Below, piece after piece: positions 54,665 through 61,644 of a stretch of DNA of 64,000 bases. Origin of the DNA: an uncultured virus (IMG/VR IMGVR_UViG_3300029448_000008) (taxonomy: Duplodnaviria > Heunggongvirae > Uroviricota > Caudoviricetes). The notes below the pieces were generated by a model that did no database searches, was not told the DNA's origin, and was given only the letters and a program-made list of their open reading frames with translations. The stretch lies in the IMG/VR virus record IMGVR_UViG_3300029448_000008. One strand, written 5' to 3'. A program made the translations under genes and the position numbers. How positions within the stretch are numbered: position 1 is the first letter of the stretch; each line of letters opens with the position of its first letter.

Positions 54665-57034
54665 TTATATATTTTTAAGGTAATCGTCAGGATTTGCTTT
54701 TAACCTAGCTGAAAATACAAATCCAGAGTCTAATACTTGATTAGTTTGCGAAGCAAATTCTGAATTACCTCCTTCTACTCCGATACCTCCAGAAGGGGCA
54801 TCATGTGTATCTCCATCAAATTTAAACATATTTTTACCAATTTGTGTTACTCTACCGTTATTATCTGTCTTAGGTGGATTATTATTAGGAGCCATCATTA
54901 GTTCTCCTCCTTCAACAACATATTCAGGAGTTTCCATCATACCTCCCATTTTAGCATAATAACTACTAGTTATTCCTTCTGTAGGATATTGACTAAGAAC
55001 TCCTGCAGATCTTACTTCATTATTTGTTTTACCAGCAGCTATGTTAGAAGCTAGCAAGTTTTCTTTATTTTCTTTTCTTTCGTTTTCTGCTTTTTTAGCT
55101 TTTTCTCCTCCCATAATTGCTCCTCCTATACCTCCAAGTACAGCACCTACTGCCATACCTATAGGTCCTAAAGCTGCTCCCATTTGTGCACCCGTGCCTA
55201 GTCCGGATAAAGCTCCTGCTCCTTTTGCTCTTGCTGGATCATAATCTCCATCACCTCCTGCTAATATTAAACCACTTCCTAAGTTACCAAGCATTCCCAT
55301 GTTTCCTGATAATTTTCCCATAGCACTGTTATTAAAGTTTTCCATTCTCTGTGATCTAAGCGCTTGTCTCATACCCTTGACTCCTTTAGCTCCTGCAGAT
55401 GTTATTTGAGTAGGATCCATCCCTTGATTCATCATTCTGTTAGTTAATCTTTGTTGTTGTATACCTGCTTGTCCTGTAAGTGGAGTCATTCCTGATAAAG
55501 ACCCTTGTCCGGGTATAACAGAAGATCTACCTTGCAGTCCTTGTAATCTAAAATTTTGTCTTTCTAAAGCGCTTCCTGGTCCCATACCAAACAAAGATTG
55601 TCTATTCATATATTCAGGAGAAAGAAACCCTCCATCATCCATAGTAGGCGGAGCTATTTCTAAAGGACTAGGTGTTAGAGAATCTCCTGTTAATGGAACT
55701 ATGCCTTGAGGTTGTAGATTAGATAGTACTGGTTGAGGTTGAATATAAAAATCTCCAGAATCTAAACGATTTTGATATCCCGCTAGTTCGTTTGCTAAGT
55801 TTTGTTGGTTTCCAGTGTATCTAGTAACTTTAATACCATCATCTTTATCAAAATCATAGTTTAAAGGAGCTGAAGATATTCCTTGATCGTATTGACCTCC
55901 TCTATTTTGCATTATTATAGGAGTTCCGTTTTCATCATACTGTCCTGAAAATATCATAGTATGTTGTCCTCCATCACGTCCTCCAGTACCATAGTTAGTT
56001 ACAATTCTATCACCTGCTACAAGATCTTGATAACCTTGTGGATCTATTACCTCCATTCCCATTGCAGCTGGATTAGCTTCTATAAAACCATTCATATTAG
56101 CATTACCCCCTATAATAGGATATTTATCTCCAGCTGAATAATCTCTTCCATCAATATTTATATCTCCATGTATTTGTGCTCCTCCTTGTCTTATCATACC
56201 ACATCCATAACTTGTACATCCATAAAAAGACTCACCTTTTTTAGCTCTGGAGTCTAACCAATTATAAGTACCACCTATAGTTTTAGTAGAGTCAATTAGT
56301 TTTTGGTTTCTTTCTCCCGCAGCATTTAAGTTACCTAACTCAGCTCCGGTATTATAATTACCTAATTGATTTTGTACATTTTGTTGAAACTGTGCAATCC
56401 TTTCTGCTTCTGCTGCTTGTAGCGCTTCTATTCTTGCTATTTCTGCATTTATAGCAGATCTAGACATTCTAGGAGTATTTGGATCTGGTTGACCTCCTGG
56501 ATCAAACACACTACCTCCTGTTTCATATACTGCTGCTGTTGTGTTTGCTTTTAATCCTTTATTTGTGGTTTTAGATAATACTTTTGCAGCACTAGGAGAA
56601 AATCCAGCAGCTTTTAACGGTTTAGCAAAAGGTAAAATACTCGCAAAATTTAATGCTGAATCACCGTATTTACCCTCTAAAAGAGATTCGACGCCTTTAA
56701 CTCCAGCTCCAGGTACATTTAACATACCAGCAGCAAAGTCCATAGGTTGTCCTTCCACATGTCCTCCTTCTACTCCTCTATCAAAGTTATAAGGTAAATA
56801 TCCTATTTCATTCATAGTCCTCATAGACTTCATAGGATACTTTACAAAAGATCTTACATCACTTTTTACATTATCCCACCAACTAGGTCCTTGACTTATT
56901 TCTCCTTGATAACCAGGTTCTCCTGGTCCAGGAGGAGCTGCAGGGGGAGGTAAATCAGGATACATGTTTGTTATAGGATCAGTTATTCCTCCGCCTTGAT
57001 ATTTTCTAGGATCGTATGTATATTGTTTTGCCAT
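54665..57034 (-). CDS. Virion cargo protein with NlpC/P60-like hydrolase domain and glycine-zipper TM segment
   Basis: GCTSYGC...GDRIV...HTMIF (Cys/His dyad), GAALGPIGMAVGAVLGGIGGAIMGG, and C-terminal VEGGE...GDTHD..GG...VFS cargo motif. Confidence 0.7.
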   Translation of the reverse strand: MAKQYTYDPRKYQGGGITDPITNMYPDLPPPAAPPGPGEPGYQGEISQGPSWWDNVKSDVRSFVKYPMKSMRTMNEIGYLPYNFDRGVEGGHVEGQPMDFAAGMLNVPGAGVKGVESLLEGKYGDSALNFASILPFAKPLKAAGFSPSAAKVLSKTTNKGLKANTTAAVYETGGSVFDPGGQPDPNTPRMSRSAINAEIARIEALQAAEAERIAQFQQNVQNQLGNYNTGAELGNLNAAGERNQKLIDSTKTIGGTYNWLDSRAKKGESFYGCTSYGCGMIRQGGAQIHGDINIDGRDYSAGDKYPIIGGNANMNGFIEANPAAMGMEVIDPQGYQDLVAGDRIVTNYGTGGRDGGQHTMIFSGQYDENGTPIIMQNRGGQYDQGISSAPLNYDFDKDDGIKVTRYTGNQQNLANELAGYQNRLDSGDFYIQPQPVLSNLQPQGIVPLTGDSLTPSPLEIAPPTMDDGGFLSPEYMNRQSLFGMGPGSALERQNFRLQGLQGRSSVIPGQGSLSGMTPLTGQAGIQQQRLTNRMMNQGMDPTQITSAGAKGVKGMRQALRSQRMENFNNSAMGKLSGNMGMLGNLGSGLILAGGDGDYDPARAKGAGALSGLGTGAQMGAALGPIGMAVGAVLGGIGGAIMGGEKAKKAENERKENKENLLASNIAAGKTNNEVRSAGVLSQYPTEGITSSYYAKMGGMMETPEYVVEGGELMMAPNNNPPKTDNNGRVTQIGKNMFKFDGDTHDAPSGGIGVEGGNSEFASQTNQVLDSGFVFSARLKANPDDYLKNI

Positions 57035-57036
57035 TA

Positions 57037-57189
57037 TTATTTTTTATAAGGAAACATTTTATTTAATGTTTCTCGTCTTTGATTACACCCACATGGTTTA
57101 TCTAATGCTTGAGACATTTTATCTACAGCTGATTTTATACCAGTTGCTTTTGTAAACCTATGTATGCTATCTCCTAAACCCTTATCCAT
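57037..57189 (-). CDS. Small conserved phage protein
   Basis: MDKGLGDSIHRFTKATGIK...PCGCNQRRETLNKMFPY; likely start at 57189. Confidence 0.65.
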   Translation of the reverse strand: MDKGLGDSIHRFTKATGIKSAVDKMSQALDKPCGCNQRRETLNKMFPYKK

Positions 57190-57589
57190 TATTACCTTTT
57201 TTACCCTTTTCATAACTACGCCCACCAAAATAAGCTCCGATCGTAGTCATTAAAATCAATTTTAAAAGATCCTTCCATTCATTATCCACAACAAATGTAA
57301 TAGAACCACTATCAATAAACACCATAAGTACAGTGCTTACAATTAAAAAAACTAAAACTAATGGACGTACTGATCTTGTTAACCAGTTACCATGTTCTAA
57401 GTCCGCTTTCCAACGTTCTGTAACGTTTTTTTGCATTGCAGCCTCAGCATCAATAAAAATCTGAGCCATTTGTTTTTCAAACTCAGCTTTCTCATCTTTA
57501 GTTCTTATAAATCTGTCAGCAACACCTGCTAACTTATCTACTACGCTTCCTCCGGCGTTGCCGAATATTTTAGCTAATAATTTACTCAT
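57182..57589 (-). CDS. Holin (3TM/GTA-holin-like)
   Basis: RWKAD...WLTRSVRPLVL, hydrophobic helices, GAYFGGRSYEK. Confidence 0.8.
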   Translation of the reverse strand: MSKLLAKIFGNAGGSVVDKLAGVADRFIRTKDEKAEFEKQMAQIFIDAEAAMQKNVTERWKADLEHGNWLTRSVRPLVLVFLIVSTVLMVFIDSGSITFVVDNEWKDLLKLILMTTIGAYFGGRSYEKGKKGNNG

Positions 57590-57627
57590 AATATATATTT
57601 AACATTTCCGCCTTCTTCTAGGCATAA

Positions 57628-57810
57628 CTATTTTCTTTTACACATTCCACCATGACGAAACTTTTTTAAAGACATATTGACTTTACCTCCCATTCCGTAG
57701 GCAGCTGCTTTTTTCATGTTAGCAAAAGATGTAGAGCCTCCAGCTCCATACTTCTTTTTTTTCTTGGGTCTTCCCCTTTGTGAACCATAAGTTCCTATTC
57801 CTCTAGGCAT
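57628..57810 (-). CDS. Small basic protein with three xxGG motifs
   Basis: MPRGIGTYGSQRGRPKKKKKYGAGG...YGMGG...FRHGG; possible DNA-condensing or virion protein. Confidence 0.6.
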   Translation of the reverse strand: MPRGIGTYGSQRGRPKKKKKYGAGGSTSFANMKKAAAYGMGGKVNMSLKKFRHGGMCKRK

Positions 57811-57832
57811 AATATTAAATTTAAAAATTAAA

Positions 57833-57991
57833 CTAGTACCATCTTAATGTGATGGCTATAAACAACAAATAAATATTTAACTCGTTCCAATCTTCATGTT
57901 CATATTCTTCTATCCTATCATTTTTACTAAAGTAAGTAAACCCAAATAGAGCACCGTCTCCCAACAATCTGATATGAACCATGCTAAACAT
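57833..57991 (-). CDS. Small hypothetical protein (52 aa)
   Basis: Manually translated MFSMVHIRLLGDGALFGFTYF...WNELNIYLLFIAITLRWY; start overlaps the upstream stop. Confidence 0.55.
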   Translation of the reverse strand: MFSMVHIRLLGDGALFGFTYFSKNDRIEEYEHEDWNELNIYLLFIAITLRWY

Positions 57992-58221
57992 TATTTTTTC
58001 TTTCTACCTTTTCTTTCTTTACCAGCAATCGCATCATCGATATCTCCGATTTGATTACCAACCTCTTTAATAGCTTTTGCAACATCAGCTAATTCCTGTG
58101 TTGTTAACTTATATCTCTTTTTAATTTCTTTTACAGTTGCTACTGCTTTTTCATCTACTGTAGTTTTGCTCCACATGTAATTCCATGCATCCGAGAAAAA
58201 CTCTTTTATTATTTTAATCAT
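57991..58221 (-). CDS. Hypothetical coiled-coil protein
   Basis: Likely start MIKIIKEFFSDAW; amphipathic helices and basic tail. Confidence 0.6.
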   Translation of the reverse strand: MIKIIKEFFSDAWNYMWSKTTVDEKAVATVKEIKKRYKLTTQELADVAKAIKEVGNQIGDIDDAIAGKERKGRKKK

Positions 58222-58225
58222 ATTA

Positions 58226-58636
58226 CTAAAATTTAGAAGCCGCACTGACTTCATTAATTGCTTCTTGAATTTCTTCTAAGCCTGCAGGTAATTCAAGATC
58301 TAACCCTGCTTTAAATACGACTTCTTTAACACCATCTTTAAATATTATTAACGTGGGTGCCATACGTATTCTATATTTTTTCTTAGCTTCCGGAGCTTTA
58401 GCTATGTCTACTCTATAATAAGAAGCATTTTCTAACTCATCCCATTCAGCAAAACAGTTAACTTCATTAAACTTAGCCCAAAACTCTATAACCACAATAG
58501 AAGATTCATCATCTCCAAATGCACTACTGTGTGATATAACTTCATCAAATCTAGAGTCATCTACCCAATACTTATCTGGAACATCTTGCTGTGCAAATGT
58601 TATAATAGGTATTAAGTATAGTAATAAAGTTCTCAT
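58226..58636 (-). CDS. Exported thioredoxin-fold protein lacking CxxC
   Basis: Signal peptide; VVIEFWAKFN, YRVDI, KKYRIRMAPTLIIFKDG are thioredoxin hallmarks (including the cis-Pro) but WCxxC is replaced. Confidence 0.75.
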   Translation of the reverse strand: MRTLLLYLIPIITFAQQDVPDKYWVDDSRFDEVISHSSAFGDDESSIVVIEFWAKFNEVNCFAEWDELENASYYRVDIAKAPEAKKKYRIRMAPTLIIFKDGVKEVVFKAGLDLELPAGLEEIQEAINEVSAASKF

Positions 58637-58917
58637 CTATTTTTTTGCATTTCATATAATCTTTCGTCTATTTTATCTAACTGCTCTCTCATAGCCTCTA
58701 CATCTTCTTGTGTGTCTAAAATAGTTTGACGTATTAATTCATCTTTTAAATCATATTCAATTCTATCAATTACAGGTTCTGGCAGTTCTTTTGCAAGGGC
58801 TATATCTGCCTGCAGTGTAAAATACATTAGAGCAAGAGACACCGCTCCAGCTAACAACATTCCGATCGTTTTAAGATCAAGTGTAACTTTAGTGTCCTCT
58901 CCAATTTGGTTTGCCAT
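58633..58917 (-). CDS. Single-TM coiled-coil membrane protein
   Basis: TIGMLLAGAVSLALMYFTL followed by a heptad-rich C-terminus. Confidence 0.65.
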   Translation of the reverse strand: MANQIGEDTKVTLDLKTIGMLLAGAVSLALMYFTLQADIALAKELPEPVIDRIEYDLKDELIRQTILDTQEDVEAMREQLDKIDERLYEMQKNR

Positions 58918-58919
58918 GA

Positions 58920-59462
58920 TTAATTAATTAAATACCCATAAGGAGTAGATTCTATATCTATTCCAATAGGAAAGTTTTCTAAATTTATTTCTGCTAATTG
59001 TTTTTGTTGTATATAAGGATTATAAAATGTTCCACTTCCATTTAAAGATATTAAACCATCTTTAACTTCTGTTACATTTATTTCAGCCCACTCTACGTAA
59101 TCATTTTCTCCTATTATTTCTAACCCTGCTAGCTTATCATCTGTTCCTAGGTGATCATACGTTCCAGTATCTAATAAATCATTATCCATATCTCCTTCTA
59201 AATCATAAGTATATAAAGCAAAGTGTTGTCTATCTAATCTAGGAGGTCCATCATCTATTTGTAGATATAATACAAATATTTTTCTTCTAAAATTATCTAC
59301 GTCTTTAACAGCTCCATAACTAGTAATTACAGAATATCTTTCGTAAGGATCAAATGAAACACCATCTAATGATATTTCAAACACTTGGTCTAGTGAAATA
59401 TCTTCTTCTTTTTCACATCCTAATATTAAAAGCAAGCTAAATAATAATAATAATTTTTTCAT
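58920..59462 (-). CDS. Lipoprotein
   Basis: MKKLLLLFSLLLILGC lipobox followed by acidic EKEED, like Bacteroidota surface lipoproteins. Confidence 0.75.
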   Translation of the reverse strand: MKKLLLLFSLLLILGCEKEEDISLDQVFEISLDGVSFDPYERYSVITSYGAVKDVDNFRRKIFVLYLQIDDGPPRLDRQHFALYTYDLEGDMDNDLLDTGTYDHLGTDDKLAGLEIIGENDYVEWAEINVTEVKDGLISLNGSGTFYNPYIQQKQLAEINLENFPIGIDIESTPYGYLIN

Positions 59463-59464
59463 TG

Positions 59465-60718
59465 TTATTTAAATGTATAGTTAATTCCAAAAGTGGAGTT
59501 AAAGAATTTAGTAGACCACATTTTATTATACTCTCCTTCTGCAAATAAACCTAAATTTTTTCCTATTTTCCATCCGAAGTTAATTCCAACTTGATAATCT
59601 TCCCATTGCTCAGGTTCAGAATCTTGTACTAATCCTCCTTTACCCCAGTTATTTCTATTTAAATAACTAAAGTCTACATCTCCAGAAACATATTTGTGAT
59701 ACCCTGGTAGGTAGTTAGCATATGTATGTAACCAAAAGTTACCTTTATAATGATAAAAATCTGCTCCTATAATTGGAGATACAACACCAAAGGGATCTAT
59801 AGTGTCCCATATTTCATTATTATACCTGTTAATAAGGTCTCTAAATACTGTATTCCTGAAATCTAAATCTGAGTAAGCTACAATATTTCCTTCTTGATCT
59901 TTCCAAATCCAATCATTAATTACATTTCCAGTATTAACATCTGTATAAGTAGTGTAGTGATCGGTGTATCCATATTCAAATCCTAATGAGTACCAAGGGT
60001 TTGCTGGATATTCTATTTCTTCTCCTGTGGTAGGGTTAGTCCATATTGCAGTTTCATTCAACCATATTTCAATTGGGTTATATCCGTAAGCACGCTCATG
60101 AGTACGGTAGATAGCACCAGCTGATATACTAAATTTCTTTCCAATAGGTAGTCTAGCTCTAACTTCTGCTGATTTATATGAAAAGTTAAATGCTCCTCTT
60201 TCTCTAGACTCTAATTTTACAATATGATACTTGCCTGTATGTCTTATAAAATACCTATAGTTTTCCCATTCTTCACCACGAAGACGTTCTTTTTCAAAAT
60301 GAAATAAATATTCGAATCCATCAACAGCTGAAGTTGGAGAAGATAATGCTTGTTGACTTTCTTTAAATTGATTACCGGTCCAAAAGTTACCAGGCTTTCT
60401 TTCATATCCAAATCTACCAAGCTTACGAATTCCTACACCATATCTATAATCAAATGGATAGTATTCGGTAACATCTATAACACGTGGTATAGAATAAAGA
60501 TCACCCTCTGGTGGTCTTTCTACAAAGTAATCTGTACGTGAGTTTTCATATGCATTAGTTATGTCTCCTGCTGCATAAATAGTAGAGTATTTAAAAAACC
60601 CATCATAGACAGATTTAAAAAAAGATTTTTTTTCGTCTTGAGCATTTGCAGAAAAAGCAAACAATAGAAAGAATAAGGTAAATATGTAAGTACCTTTTTT
60701 AAAATAAGTATAGTCCAT
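59465..60718 (-). CDS. Probable outer-membrane beta-barrel protein
   Basis: Sec signal (FAFSANA-Q), aromatic-rich alternating strands, C-terminal FNSTFGINYTFK beta-signal-like end. Confidence 0.7.
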   Translation of the reverse strand: MDYTYFKKGTYIFTLFFLLFAFSANAQDEKKSFFKSVYDGFFKYSTIYAAGDITNAYENSRTDYFVERPPEGDLYSIPRVIDVTEYYPFDYRYGVGIRKLGRFGYERKPGNFWTGNQFKESQQALSSPTSAVDGFEYLFHFEKERLRGEEWENYRYFIRHTGKYHIVKLESRERGAFNFSYKSAEVRARLPIGKKFSISAGAIYRTHERAYGYNPIEIWLNETAIWTNPTTGEEIEYPANPWYSLGFEYGYTDHYTTYTDVNTGNVINDWIWKDQEGNIVAYSDLDFRNTVFRDLINRYNNEIWDTIDPFGVVSPIIGADFYHYKGNFWLHTYANYLPGYHKYVSGDVDFSYLNRNNWGKGGLVQDSEPEQWEDYQVGINFGWKIGKNLGLFAEGEYNKMWSTKFFNSTFGINYTFK

Positions 60719-60741
60719 TTTTTTATATTTAAGTATTATAA

Positions 60742-60837
60742 CAAAGAGAGTCAGCGCACTAAAATACTATGCAACTGTAGATTCTATACTTAATTTGGAT
60801 ATACTTTGTAACTTAAATACTTCGCTGACTATCTTTG
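60742..60837 (-). other. Intergenic long stem-loop (structured RNA or processing site)
   Basis: CAAAGAGAGTCAGCG (60742) and CGCTGACTATCTTTG (60823) form a 15-bp inverted repeat with one mismatch, enclosing 66 nt. Confidence 0.6.
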
Positions 60838-60853
60838 ATATCTAAAATCAATA

Positions 60854-61639
60854 TTACCTGGCAGATAATCTCATATTAGCACTTACATCATACAAATATA
60901 AACTATTTTGGCTGACATTATCAAATGAAAAACGAGAAATTATAAATTTATCTACAAATCTTTTTTTGTTATACCAAGGTAAACTACTGTTTAAGTTAGT
61001 CGTAACGAGGTTTAAGTCGCTGTCTATGAAGGAGTTATCTGGGTTAATAACTACATCTCTGAACTTATTAACACTCCATGTACCTTCTTTGTTATACATA
61101 TTATAATTAGATATGTTTTCCTCATTTGAGGACGTTTTTAACACTAAATCAATATTTCCTGAACATTGATAGGTATTATATATCATTAAATCTGTAATAG
61201 TTGACTGGTGCAAACTTCCACCAGACGAATTTTTTGTCTTTGAAATCCAGTTAATTGTAGAAAACAATTTTGTTTTATCACTCTCTACATTAAATACTGC
61301 GTCTATATAACTTGCGTATACAGGTTGACTAGATCCACTGTAATAATACTTAGCGTATTTGTTAAGTATATTATGTTTGTAGACTTCATCATAATTAAAC
61401 GAATATAATAAATTTCTTGTATTTACCATACCATATGGTGTATAATCATGGTATGATGCCCAGGATTGTGTGTCTAATGAATATGACAGTGTCCATGAGT
61501 TATCTTCAAAATAAGTATTAAGTTCAGCTTGTGTAAGTAATTGCAGCTGCTTAAAAGGCGTACCTGCAATAACTTTATAGTATTGACCATTGTTCAATAC
61601 TAAAGATCCTACCGCTAAACTATTTATATTCGTTGCCAT
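60854..61639 (-). CDS. Tail stabilisation/muzzle protein, C-terminal part
   Basis: FEDNSWTLSYS...WASYHDYTP, YQCSG and EGTWSVNKFRD are motifs of the C-terminal region of crAss tail stabilisation proteins. Confidence 0.7.
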   Translation of the reverse strand: MATNINSLAVGSLVLNNGQYYKVIAGTPFKQLQLLTQAELNTYFEDNSWTLSYSLDTQSWASYHDYTPYGMVNTRNLLYSFNYDEVYKHNILNKYAKYYYSGSSQPVYASYIDAVFNVESDKTKLFSTINWISKTKNSSGGSLHQSTITDLMIYNTYQCSGNIDLVLKTSSNEENISNYNMYNKEGTWSVNKFRDVVINPDNSFIDSDLNLVTTNLNSSLPWYNKKRFVDKFIISRFSFDNVSQNSLYLYDVSANMRLSAR

Positions 61640-61644
61640 AATTA

